DNA from: Blastocladiella emersonii ATCC 22665
Lineage: Eukaryota; Fungi; Blastocladiomycota
Assembly: GCA_025594325.1 (NCBI GenBank)
Contig: JANHCV010000001.1
Location: 1,922,001 to 1,986,000 of the forward strand
DNA length: 64,000 nt
Direction: 5' to 3'
A program made the position numbers and the translations under genes. Of the stretch, positions 10,846-21,299 are shown piece after piece. The notes under the pieces are model-generated. The model was given only the letters and a program-made list of their open reading frames with translations, was not told the DNA's origin and ran no database searches. Each line of letters starts with the position of its first letter. Position 1 is the first letter of the stretch.

Positions 10846-11817
10846 TCATTCATTTCGAGGGACGCACTCCTCCTTGGCCGTCGCACCAACCGCGGGTGGT
10901 ACAGCGGGGGGGTGAGCCCATCCCGGCGTCTCGCGCTGGTCGAGGACGGCTTGCAGCTCGCCGACCATGAGGCGCGTTGTTGACGCGGCGACTCGCTCGG
11001 CGGCGCGCTGCTGGAGTTGCTCTTGCCGCATCGCGATCCGCTGAGCGCGAGGGATTCGCGGCGCACGCGGCTTCCCGCTGTCCCCTTCCTCGGGCGCATC
11101 GAGCGCGGCTTCTACGACCCATCCAGGATCGCCTGAGAGCGGGTCAGCGAGGGGCGACGCGTCGACAGCGATGCTGGGTTCCTTAGGAGCGGGCGGTGGA
11201 AGCGGGGCAAAGGTCGAAGGAGCCGGATCGCCGTCGCGGGTTCCGGTTGGTCCGGCGAGAGCGGCACGAAGCTGCTCAAAGAGCGAAGATAGGTGCTCGA
11301 TATCGCTCCCCATTGACCCGATCATGGCCGACGCGTGTACGCGATCGACGGCACCGGTTTCGGCGTCCACGCCCTCGGTCAGAACAAGATGTGTCTTGAC
11401 CAACATTGTGCGAAGGTGAGCGTTGAGCAATGAGAGGGGCGAGTGAAGCGGATCGACTGCGCGAGCAGGTTTTGCCTGGACATCTGCTGCTTGCGATTCC
11501 GCAGGAGCGAGATGGTGAATCGGATCCGCGACCTGGAGCCCGTGGATCGCGTTGTCCATGGCGGAAGCGAGCCGCTGGAGCTCCTCGGTGCTCGCGTCCG
11601 AGACTTCGACGACAATCTCCATGACGGCGCGCACAGACTCGAGGAGTTCGCGGACGGCTTGAAGCGTGGGCGCCGTGCGTGCCGTCGAGACGAGACTCGC
11701 GACGGAAGCGTCAAGATCCGGATTCTGCCCACACACGACAGCCATGGCGGCGGTAGCGGTCTCGAGGACCGAGGTGAGGTAGTCGATCAGCTGGCGACGT
11801 ACTGAAAGGGCGCGCAT
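10846..11817 (-). CDS. Hypothetical helical/coiled-coil protein
   Basis: Intronless ORF of ~323 aa with plausible composition and a charged helical C-terminus (RAQRIAMRQEQ...MVGELQAVLDQR). Family not recognised. Confidence 0.5.
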   Translation of the reverse strand: MRALSVRRQLIDYLTSVLETATAAMAVVCGQNPDLDASVASLVSTARTAPTLQAVRELLESVRAVMEIVVEVSDASTEELQRLASAMDNAIHGLQVADPIHHLAPAESQAADVQAKPARAVDPLHSPLSLLNAHLRTMLVKTHLVLTEGVDAETGAVDRVHASAMIGSMGSDIEHLSSLFEQLRAALAGPTGTRDGDPAPSTFAPLPPPAPKEPSIAVDASPLADPLSGDPGWVVEAALDAPEEGDSGKPRAPRIPRAQRIAMRQEQLQQRAAERVAASTTRLMVGELQAVLDQRETPGWAHPPAVPPAVGATAKEECVPRNE

Positions 11818-12148
11818 CGAGTCCTGCGAGCGATGGACCGGGGGCAGATGTTGAGCACTACAAGCGGTGCGAGGCAACGGGTTAGGGGGAAACGAACCAC
11901 GACAGCGGTAGGCGAACGTACTGGAGCTGGTAACCGCGGCTCACGACGTCGACCTCGCGCAGGTAGCGGAATCGTGCGGTAAACAGGCCGTTGAGCGTTT
12001 CCCAGTCGCGCGCAAGCTTGCGCACGGCGACAGGTCGCTCGAGCTCTTCCAAGTCGCTCTCCTCGCCAAGCACAGGAGGTGAAAGCGCTCGGGAGCCGCG
12101 CCGCGATTGAGAGCGATGCAGGACCCACGCGAAAGCAGTCGTCGTGCA

Positions 12149-12541
12149 CTACGCAGGCGACCGCGAGTCAGTTTTCGCCAGTAACACGCGCTGGACGAGC
12201 GAGAGTACCAGAATGCCAGCAAGGAGGTAGCCGATCCCGGCGTGGTGAGGCGGGCTACCTCGCGAAGCGAACATCGCGACGAGGCTCGCCGCCACCGCTC
12301 CGCCCAAAGCAAGGCTCGCTGAAGCTGACGCGCTGACGGGCTCATTCCCGTCGTGAAAGCCTCTATCAAGCTTTTCCTGCGACTTGGGTCCAACCGACGC
12401 GTCGTCTTGACGGTCCTCGACGGGTGCCGTGTCGAGCTCGCCTTCGAGGCCGAACTCGGCGAGGTACGCGGCCAGCGGCGAGTCGGCGAGGGCGACCGCG
12501 TCGTCCGCAATGCAGTCGGTCCGACGATCCATTTGCTCCAT
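12149..12541 (-). CDS. Possible small membrane protein with two C-terminal hydrophobic segments
   Basis: ATG at 12541. Acidic N-terminal half, then LALGGAVAASLVAMFA and IGYLLAGILVLSLV. No homology recognised. Confidence 0.3.
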   Translation of the reverse strand: MEQMDRRTDCIADDAVALADSPLAAYLAEFGLEGELDTAPVEDRQDDASVGPKSQEKLDRGFHDGNEPVSASASASLALGGAVAASLVAMFASRGSPPHHAGIGYLLAGILVLSLVQRVLLAKTDSRSPA

Positions 12542-12720
12542 GTAAAGGTGACTACTCGCCCGAGCATGGAGAGCGAGCGCAAGAGGATCGGCGACCGAGT
12601 GGCGCCGAGCGTCTCGCGGCGGCCGCGTGACTGCAGCAGCGGAGACAAACACGCGCGAACCCGCCGGTTCTCCTCTCTTCTCTCCTCCAACGCCAGGATC
12701 GACACACTGTAAAGTAAACC

Positions 12721-13406
12721 ATGCAACCGCCAATGTACACCGAGTCCGTGAGCCCGACGCGCGTCGACCTGCACTTTGACCCTGCGGCCGTCGCCCTGAC
12801 GCCGCTCGAGCGCGTCATCATGTCGTCCAACGGGTCGCTGCAGCGCGTGCTGAGCGCCTTCTACAACGCGCCCATCGACGTCAAGCTCGTCAAGAACGTG
12901 GCCGTGCCGCAGGCCCCGTCGCCGACGCCCGACGCGCCCGTCTCGGCCGGCACCGATGAGGCGGCAGCGCAGGCGTCGCGGTGGCAGGTCGACCGCGAGA
13001 TCCACCTGCTGTGCCAGGGCGAGGTCCTGTGCGTCGCCAAGTCGTCGCTCGTCATCACGTCGCCCGACTACTACGACCTGCTCATCACGCGCGGCGTTGG
13101 GCTCGGCCAGTTCTTCCGGTACTGCCCCGCGATCTCGCGCCCCGACCATGACTGTCACTAACCATCGCTGACTTTGCGTGTAGCCACGTCGGCGTGCTAC
13201 CCGCCTTCGAGCTGCTCGAGGTCCGCAAGCCGGAGGCGCCCGCCGACATGTTCCGCCTGTACACGCTGAGCTGTCCCGGCGTCGTGTGCACCATCGGCGA
13301 GACGTTCCCGCACTGGATCGCGGACATGGACCAGCCCACGCGGTTGCAGGCCGCCGCCGACGCCGCCGCCGAGGCCAAGGCCAGCAACGGCCGCGCCAGT
13401 CACTAG
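12721..13406 (+). CDS. Chorismate-lyase/DUF98 (UbiC/Rv2949c-like fold) protein; intron 13119-13183
   Basis: LERVIMSSNGSLQRVLSAF...REIHL...LCVAKS...GLGQFFR|H...RLYTL...CTIGETF resembles the DUF98/chorismate-lyase pattern. GT..CTAAC..TAG intron restores the frame. Confidence 0.6.
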
Positions 13407-13496
13407 AGAAAGCAGAGCAACCCGTATTCCATCTAATAAATAGTATAGTAGTGCGTAACATCCGTGTACATTGGGGGTTGTTGAACAAAACTGCGA

Positions 13497-16400
13497 CTAC
13501 GGCCGCGCTCCACCCGGCGCCAGCGACGATGCCGCGGGCGGGACCCTCGCGTCGAGCGCGAGCTTGAAGACGACGTGCGCGCCGGACCCAGGGCTCCCGT
13601 CCCACCCGCTGCTCCCGCCGTTCCCGCCGCCGCCGAGCGCCGCGCACACCATGGCGTTGGCGCGCGAGTCGAGCATGACGAGCCCGCCGTCGCTCGTGAA
13701 CGGGATGATCTGGACGCGCTCGCCCGTCTCGAGGTGCCACACCTCGACGAGCTTGGCGCCGAACCCGACCACGAACGGGTGCACCACCGCAAAGTGCCGC
13801 GGCTCGCCGTCCCACTCGATCCACCACTCGGGCCGCGCGCGCCGCCCCGACCGCGACACGTACAGGGCAAAGTCGGCGTAGCACACCAGGTACAGGTGCG
13901 TCAGCGGGGCCTTGCCTGCGCCCGCGGGCAGGCTGGCCGAGCTCGCGTTGCCGTTGGCGCTGCCCATGGTCGACACGTACGAGTCGCGCACGCCGCCCGC
14001 GCGGTTGAGGTCGTCGGCCGAGCCGTGCGCGGTGCCCGGCGCTGCTCCGCCACCGCGGAGGAACGCGGTCGCGAACGGGACCCGGAAGATAGCCATGGGC
14101 CGGACCGCGTTGCTGTCGCTGCGGTGGTGGATGAACTCGAGGAACGGGTCGTCGGCGTCGAACAGCGTGGCGTGGTCGCCGGCGACGGGGTCGAGCACTT
14201 CGAACCCGCGCCCGCACCCGACGTGGAGCTTGGACCGCAGCCAGTGCACGCTGTACGCCTCGCTCGGCACGTACAGCTCCGTGAACAGCCGCAGCGCGTC
14301 CGTCGCGTCGCCGAGCTCGCCGTCCTTCCCACCAGACCCGCCGCTCCCGCCGCGGAACAGCCGCGCGAGCGTGCCCGTGGGCCCCGACGCCTTCTTGCGC
14401 GGGACCATGGGCTCGTACACCTTGAGCGTCGACGACATGCTGGCGGGCCGCACCGTGCACACGTACGGCGCGTCGTGGAGGAGCCCGACGCGGAAAAAGT
14501 GCACCGTCCCGACCCCCGAGACACGGCGCGCCTTGGCGAGCGGCGCCGCCGGGTCGATGGCGCGATGCAGGACCGCCGCGAGCGGGACCGTGTACAGGAC
14601 GCGGTCCGCGAGCACCAGGACCTGCGCGTACGGCGTGAGCACCTCGACCTGAGTCGCCCGGTCAATGTCGACCACCTTGATCGCGCGGAACGTCGCGCCG
14701 CCGCCCACCGCGTACACGCCGCGGTCCGTGGCGACGAGCAGGCGCCCGGCCGCCGCGTCGTCGAGCGGCGCGCTGCCCGCGGGCCGCGCGTCCGCGGGGA
14801 GCACCATGTCCGCGAGCACGTCGAGCCGGAAGTGCGCCGACGCGCTCGTCACGTCGCGCGCGTGCGACGTCAGCGTCTCGACCCACTGCCGCCGGTCCGC
14901 GCCGCTCGCTGCCGCCAGCGTCAGCGAGTAGCCCGCGCGCCCGAGCCGGGTCACCGTGAAGGTCGGCTCGTTGCCGAGCGCGAGCGCCGTCGAGGAGGCC
15001 GATGCACTGGCTGTCGTTGCGAGCGCGGCGCTCGCGGGCGAGATGGTCCCGCCGTGCGCGCGGCCGGGCCCGCCCGAGTTCGTGCTCGCGAGCGAGGCCG
15101 CAGACGCCATGCCGAGGAGGAGGTTGGTCGACGACCCGCCCGCGCTGAGCGGCGCCGTCTGCGCGCGGGTCAGGGCGTTGGCGACGGTGGTCCCCGCGCG
15201 GAGCCCGAGCGAGCTGGCCCTGCTCTCGGCCGCGGACACGTTTCCGTTCTCGAACTGCTGCGCGAGACTCGCCGACGACTGGGCGCGTGACCGCGCGAGC
15301 GGAGTGAGCGGCGGGGCCTCGTCGGGGGTATCGACGCGGAGGAGGTGGAGCGGGATGGGCGGGCGGTAGAGGCGGTACTCCCACCCGTTGTTGGGGTCGT
15401 ACTTGGCCTTCTTGCGGCGGCAGAAGACGAGGGCGTGGTCGAGCAGGAACACGGCGAGGTCGTCGCCGCCGACGCGGCGCAGCGTGCCCTCGCGGACAAG
15501 GCGGCGCGCCGGGTCGAGCAGCGCCAGCGCCGCTTCCTCGGCGTCCGTCTTGTACACGAACTGGTGGTGGAGCTGCAGCAGCCGCACCGCGTTGTCGGCG
15601 TGTCCCGCGGCCGCGTTCACCTTGCCGAGGAGCACCTTGACGTCCGCGATCGCCGCGGCCAGATCGACCTGGTCCGGGTGGTCGGGCGGCGTCTGCTTGG
15701 CGATGGCGCCGAGGAGCAGCGGGTACCGCGCGATGCGGGAGATGGGCCGGCCGAGGAACGACTGAATCGGCAGCCGGCGCGTTTGCGGGAGCCGCTCGGT
15801 CTCGGCGAGGAACCGGCCGAGCTCCGGGTTGTAGGCGATCTCGGCCTCGAGGTGGTGTTTCGCCCACGGGTGCGTGGCCGCGTACGCGACGATGGGCGCC
15901 TCCATGGCCGCGACGTGCATGCGGAACACGTCGCCGATGCGCGCCACCACGTATTTCTCCTGCTGGCGGCGGACCAGCGCGCCGGCGAGCCGTTTCGCCG
16001 TCTCGCGGATCTCGCCGACGTTGCCGAACACGGCGCGCACAAACTCGCGCGTTCGCTCGCGCGGCAGGTACCCCTCGCGCACGATCGTGTCCATGTACAG
16101 CTTCTCGACGAGCTCGAGGTCCTCGACAAACGTCTCCTCGGTGACGACGAGCTCGAAGATGGCCTCCTGCCGCTTGACCTCGCGCTCCGACGCCGCGTTG
16201 AGGATCGCCTCGGGCACCATGGCCGACCACCCGTGCGGCTCCGACTCGGCGACGACGGCCGCGGGGACGGGTTCGGGCCCGCCGTTGTCGGCGGTCGGCA
16301 ATGGCAGACCGAGCAGCGCGCGCTGCGCCATCTGCCGCGGGCATACGGTGCTGTAGCACAGGCGGTCGGACGAGCACGTCGGCGAGTAGCACTCGGACAG

Positions 16401-17393
16401 CAGCGTGAAGAAGCCCGTCGGCACGGGGAGCGACTGCGGGACCATGGTGGGCGAGCCGGGCGCTGTGGTGGGCGCGGACGACGACTCGGGGTTCTCGGAT
16501 GCGGTCGCTGCCGCCGACGAGGTGGGCGTCGGGTACGCTACACCTGCCGCTGCGCTCGGCGGGCCCATGCCGGCAGGGAACTTGACGACCATGGACGGCG
16601 CGCGGTCGAGCGAGGCCCCACTCCCGCCCCCTCCTGCCGCAGGCATCAACTCCGCCGGCGGCGCCAGCGGCATAGGCATTGGCGGTAGCGGCGGCGGGAA
16701 CATGTACAGCTCGTAGGGCGAGTCGCGGAGGCGGTGCGAGTAGCTGACGTGGTGGAAGAACCGCTGCGCGTCGAGCGAGCGGCCGACGAGCAGCGCGAGG
16801 TTGCGGTCGGGCGACCGGAGCAGCGCGGCCAGCACGTCGACGGCGTCGCGCCCGACAAAGCAGTTGTGGTACTCGATCCCGTCGCGCGTGTGCGTGCCGA
16901 GCTTGATGCGTGACCGGAACACGGGCGCCACGCGCGACAGCATCGCGCGGTTGAGCGGGAGCCGCGGCACCTTGGCCGGCGACGGCGGTGGCGTCGCGTC
17001 GCCCGCGGCAGCGGTGGCAACGGCTGCGGGCGTGCGGTGGGTTCCCGACAACGACCCGCCGCTCCGCCGGTCGGACGAAACCGGCGGTGGTACAGTCTGG
17101 CCCGACGACGCGACGCTCGACGCCGAGGCCGCGGAAAGCGAGGGCTGGTGCGGGTGGCGCGACTGGGGCCGCGACGACGACGCCGTCGAGGTCATGGTCG
17201 CGCGCGAGCTCGCGGACGGCGATGGGGATGGCGACGGCGACATGTCCTGCGCACGCAGCCGAGGCGACGAGGACACGGTTACTGCCGAAGACGAGGGCAG
17301 GATGCGGATGGGTCCGGGCGGCGTCATGGTGCGCGACCGCAACGACACTCCCGCCTCGGGGCCGCTTGCCGGTGAGGAGGACGACGTTGTCAT
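13497..17393 (-). CDS. ROM2: Rho1 guanine nucleotide exchange factor, Rom1/Rom2-like (DEP-DH-PH-CNH)
   Basis: DEP (YHNCFVGRDAVD...ALLVGRSLDAQRFFHHVSY), DH (KRQEAIFELVVTEETFVEDL...LPIQSFLGRPISRIARYPLLL), PH (VFLLDHALV) and CNH (ELYVPSEAYSVHWL...IEWDGEP) domains in the fungal order. Confidence 0.9.
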   Translation of the reverse strand: MTTSSSSPASGPEAGVSLRSRTMTPPGPIRILPSSSAVTVSSSPRLRAQDMSPSPSPSPSASSRATMTSTASSSRPQSRHPHQPSLSAASASSVASSGQTVPPPVSSDRRSGGSLSGTHRTPAAVATAAAGDATPPPSPAKVPRLPLNRAMLSRVAPVFRSRIKLGTHTRDGIEYHNCFVGRDAVDVLAALLRSPDRNLALLVGRSLDAQRFFHHVSYSHRLRDSPYELYMFPPPLPPMPMPLAPPAELMPAAGGGGSGASLDRAPSMVVKFPAGMGPPSAAAGVAYPTPTSSAAATASENPESSSAPTTAPGSPTMVPQSLPVPTGFFTLLSECYSPTCSSDRLCYSTVCPRQMAQRALLGLPLPTADNGGPEPVPAAVVAESEPHGWSAMVPEAILNAASEREVKRQEAIFELVVTEETFVEDLELVEKLYMDTIVREGYLPRERTREFVRAVFGNVGEIRETAKRLAGALVRRQQEKYVVARIGDVFRMHVAAMEAPIVAYAATHPWAKHHLEAEIAYNPELGRFLAETERLPQTRRLPIQSFLGRPISRIARYPLLLGAIAKQTPPDHPDQVDLAAAIADVKVLLGKVNAAAGHADNAVRLLQLHHQFVYKTDAEEAALALLDPARRLVREGTLRRVGGDDLAVFLLDHALVFCRRKKAKYDPNNGWEYRLYRPPIPLHLLRVDTPDEAPPLTPLARSRAQSSASLAQQFENGNVSAAESRASSLGLRAGTTVANALTRAQTAPLSAGGSSTNLLLGMASAASLASTNSGGPGRAHGGTISPASAALATTASASASSTALALGNEPTFTVTRLGRAGYSLTLAAASGADRRQWVETLTSHARDVTSASAHFRLDVLADMVLPADARPAGSAPLDDAAAGRLLVATDRGVYAVGGGATFRAIKVVDIDRATQVEVLTPYAQVLVLADRVLYTVPLAAVLHRAIDPAAPLAKARRVSGVGTVHFFRVGLLHDAPYVCTVRPASMSSTLKVYEPMVPRKKASGPTGTLARLFRGGSGGSGGKDGELGDATDALRLFTELYVPSEAYSVHWLRSKLHVGCGRGFEVLDPVAGDHATLFDADDPFLEFIHHRSDSNAVRPMAIFRVPFATAFLRGGGAAPGTAHGSADDLNRAGGVRDSYVSTMGSANGNASSASLPAGAGKAPLTHLYLVCYADFALYVSRSGRRARPEWWIEWDGEPRHFAVVHPFVVGFGAKLVEVWHLETGERVQIIPFTSDGGLVMLDSRANAMVCAALGGGGNGGSSGWDGSPGSGAHVVFKLALDARVPPAASSLAPGGARP

Positions 17394-17868
17394 GTCGACG
17401 AGATGCGCCACAATCGACGACAGCGCTCAGACTGGACGAGGACGGGGCAGGCGTGCGTGTGTCAGCGCCACCGACCGGGGACAGGAGCTTCGCGGAGTAG
17501 GGTTTCACACACGTTCAGAGGATGTCGTGCCGGCGCGAATGCGGGCAGTCAAGTTACGTTGATGCTTAGCAGAAGTGTGTTCTTGCGAGGGCCGAGGAGA
17601 CCAGGGCAGCGACCACCGACGGGTCAGAGCTCGAGGAGGCGCAGACTTGTGGCGCAACGCCAAACACCGCACTTCGAGTCTTCCAGCTGGCGACAACTCA
17701 AGCTCAGGGCGGAGGAGAAGACCAAGACCAGGAAGGATGTGAAAGGGACCGGTCACTGTATTACACACGAGATAGGACACGGCTGCTCGGCAGGGCGAGC
17801 CGCGGCCGCTCCGAGCGCGCGCTCAACAGGATCCAGCCGTCGAGTCAGGAAGCCAAGTCAGGGCGCGC

Positions 17869-18468
17869 TTAGGCCTTGATCTTGATGTTGAGGTCCTGGT
17901 ACTGGGGGAACTCGAAGTGGACGTCCTTGCCGGTGAGCTGCTTGTAGACGGCCGAGAAGGTGTCGAGCTTGTACTCGAGGTAGGTGGCGTCCTTCTTGTC
18001 GAGGAAGACCTTGGTGGTCTTGGAGCCGTCGACGCGGAGCTTGGTGCGCTTGCCAACGATCTCGGTGGGGTAGACGAGGTCGTCGAGGATCGACTCGTGC
18101 ACGGCGGTCAGAGTGCGCGAGCGGGGGCGCATCTGCTTCTGGCGCGAGTGGCGGGTGGGGCGGGGCATGACGCGGCGCTGGGCGACGATCAGGACGTGGC
18201 GCTCCGAGAACTTCTTCTCGAGCTCGCGAACCAGGCGCTGCTGGATCTTGTTGAACTGCTTGAGCTGGGGCACGGGGACGAACACGACAATAGCCTTGCG
18301 GCCCTTGCCGACCTCAACCTCCTTGGCGGCGACGATCTGGAGGGGGCGGAGCTCGGCCTTGAGCTCGGCAACGTTGTTCTCGAGGTCGAAGATGGCCTGG
18401 GCGACCGACTTCTCGAGCTCATCGGGCTGGGCACCGGCGGGCTTGATGATCTTGTTGAGGGCCGACAT
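17869..18468 (-). CDS. RPS7: 40S ribosomal protein S7 (eS7)
   Basis: [18 protein letters not shown]...[28 protein letters not shown]...[15 protein letters not shown]. Strongly biased codon usage. Confidence 0.98.
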   Translation of the reverse strand: MSALNKIIKPAGAQPDELEKSVAQAIFDLENNVAELKAELRPLQIVAAKEVEVGKGRKAIVVFVPVPQLKQFNKIQQRLVRELEKKFSERHVLIVAQRRVMPRPTRHSRQKQMRPRSRTLTAVHESILDDLVYPTEIVGKRTKLRVDGSKTTKVFLDKKDATYLEYKLDTFSAVYKQLTGKDVHFEFPQYQDLNIKIKA

Positions 18469-19528
18469 GGTTGGAGTTCAGAGACTCTATGAGGGGCACA
18501 GGAGGGGAAGGAGATGCGTTAGAATCTCGCCCGGGCTCGAGGTGAGCCCAAGGAGACCTCGGGTTTCAAAAACGGCTGCGGGTAGGGCTGACACGAGCAA
18601 TGCATGTCGCCGCCTCCAGACGATCGTCAGCGCCGCCACGGTGGAGTACCGCGACGGGATCAGACCGCCCAGAGGTCCGCGAGCCAGACCGACGTTTTGG
18701 TGAGAGCTGCCCGAGACCGCAACGTGCACGCCGCGGCATCACCCGCCTTCGTGACACAGCGAGCATCGGACTGCTGCCCTCGTCGGCCTATGGCTGCCCG
18801 GCGTAACGCGGCCGGGGCAAGCCTGGCGAGTTGGACGGGTTCAGTCGTCCAGTGAAAGTTTTCCGTCCTCGGCGGGCAGACGAGCCTGCCGCACGACGGG
18901 TGCCAGGCAGCCATCTTCGCGCACACCGCCGGGGGTGCACACGGACGGCCGGTCGGCGGTTGAACGCCGCGAGCAAAACGGGGCGAGCGGTCCGCCGAGA
19001 CGGACCACCCACTACGCCTGCCGCGGCAGTTGACCCGACCAGCCGCAGAGGTGGCTCGTAGCGAATCGTAGTACGTTGTCGACGACGACGGCGAGGGGCA
19101 CTCGACGGACACGCCGCGGCTCGGGCTCAGCGAGCGAACCCGGGCGGCGTGCCGGAGGCGGACGATGCATTGCAGTGGTACATGGCAGGGTGTGGTGGGG
19201 TGCGTGTCTCCAGCGAGACGTACGAAAGGCTGGTCCAAACTGAAGAGAGTGAACAGCGTACGCCGTGCTTTCCGGTCGTCAATGTTGCGGATGGCTCGGC
19301 GTGGCGGGCCGGCCGCGAGCGGGTGGAGTGGCGGCGGTGTGGCGCAGGTCACGCGACTGGCGCTGTCTCGCGCCTGAGACGCGTTTTGCGCGCCGCCTCG
19401 CTCCCTCGCTCCCTCGCTCACGGCTCACCTCAGCCGACGCACGGATGGATAGGGGGTAACTTATCTATGAGCGGGAGATAGGTGGTACAACCAAACCAGG
19501 AATACAACAGAGAAAACGGGTACGGTCG

Positions 19529-20439
19529 CTACTGGCGCGAGACGACGCTCTCGTAGGTCGGCACCATGTACTTGATGTTGATGAAGGCGTCCTCGCCGCC
19601 GTACAGCTCAAACTTCTCGAGCGTCTCTTGGATCAGGTCGCCAATGTTTTCCCGCTTCTGCTGCGCGTAGTAGATGCCGTCGCCGAGGTTCACTACCCGG
19701 AGGCGTGCACAGGTTCGGGTCAGCGTCGGCCGGCGAGATCGGACCGTGGCCACGAGCACGTACCGTTCATGTGCTTGAACAGGTTGAAGATGGGCAGGAT
19801 CTGGCGGTAGTAGGGCACGAGGGCCTCGCCGACCATTTCGGCCGACTCAACCAGATGCTGCAGCACCTTGAGCGTGGTGCAGATGACCTTGGGGTTGCGC
19901 GTGTTGAGGGCCTCTACACGCGGATCACTCGCGCACCGTCAGTCGCGAACGCTGTGAGCGAGTTACGTCGAATAGTACTCTTGATCGGGATAATGAGCTG
20001 AGGCACGACCGGCAGGATCTTGTCGCCGCCCTTGTCGAGCAGGTCGTGCACACCTTGCCGGGCGAGGAACGCGTAGGGCTCCTCGGTTTCGCACAGGCCC
20101 GAGAAGAAGAGCGGGAGGTAGTGGTGGTAGTCGAGTTTCTCGATGTCGACCTACGCGAGCACAGGGTGTGAGTGGCCGTCGACTACGACACGGTCAGAAG
20201 GACTAGTACCTTCCAGTTGATCTTGTTACCGGTTCCGTCGTGGTGCACGGCGATGGGGAAGTCGCCGCGGTTGTGCAGCTTGCGGAACGCTACGAGATCA
20301 GCGACGCGGTCAGCGGCCCGTCCACGCGAGCCTCGGATCACGGCAACGTACTCGAAATCTCCTTGTGGTCCTTGTCGCGGCGGGCAAAGGCGCCGGCTTT
20401 CGGCGGGATCGAGCCCTTTGGCGCAAAGTAGCCGGACAT
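19529..20439 (-). CDS. PACRG: Parkin co-regulated gene protein PACRG (axonemal inner-junction protein), multi-exon
   Basis: Spliced segments read PPKAGAF...[13 protein letters not shown]...KINWK|[21 protein letters not shown]...PQLIIPIK|[21 protein letters not shown]...YYRQILP|[26 protein letters not shown]...[12 protein letters not shown]. Confidence 0.95.
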
Positions 20440-21299
20440 GGTGATGCGGGAGGGAAGGCAGGCGGGTGGTCGGCGGCGCGGATCGCGAGTGGGGAGGTGG
20501 GGAGCGGGTGGTGGCTGGCAAGCGAGAGTCGAGGCCAGCCCGTCTAGTCTATGGGGATACAGCTCACGAGGAAGGGCGGGTATCGGCGACCTCGGCGAGT
20601 GCGGTGGTTGTTGATGACGTTGCAGCAGATCGATCTTGCAGGGAGCAGCCGACGTCGAGCGGGTTGAGAACAGCTTGGATCCGTTCGATGAGGATGCAGT
20701 AGGTTACGGGTGATACATGTGGGAGGCCGGACACCTCTGATGCAGAAAGTGCAAGGGGGCGTCGCCCACGGCACGGGGTATAATGTCTCCGCTCGGCGCT
20801 CGCTCCAAACCCCACCTTGGCCTTAGAGACGCGCCGGTGCATCATATGCGCGCCGGCGAGCGCGGCGCCGTGGGGGACAGCGGGCCGAGTGCGAGACGCG
20901 TCGGAGGTCGCGTCGCGAGACACAAACGTGATCGTCACGCGCCTCTCTTTTCGCCCGCCGCTGCCGCCAAGCCGCCGTTAGCCTTCTTCGCCTCGCCATC
21001 GGATCCGCGCCGACCCGCCCCGCCCTCCCGCACCACAGCCGCGCACGGCGCACCCACGGAGCACGCCCTCGACGACTAGCTGCACTCGGCGACCCGACCG
21101 CTCGCAGCGACCCTCTTCGAGCGCGCCGCGTCTACCAGGCCCACGACTCGGTGGCGCCCATCCCATCGGTTCCACCCTGGTCGCTCCGCTCTTCACCTCT
21201 CGAGTACGCTTACTCTCTCCGCCGGCGATGCTCATCCGGTTGTACCGAGCCCTAACCAACGCACACGGCCGCCAGATCGCTTCCCCCAACACCGCCGCC

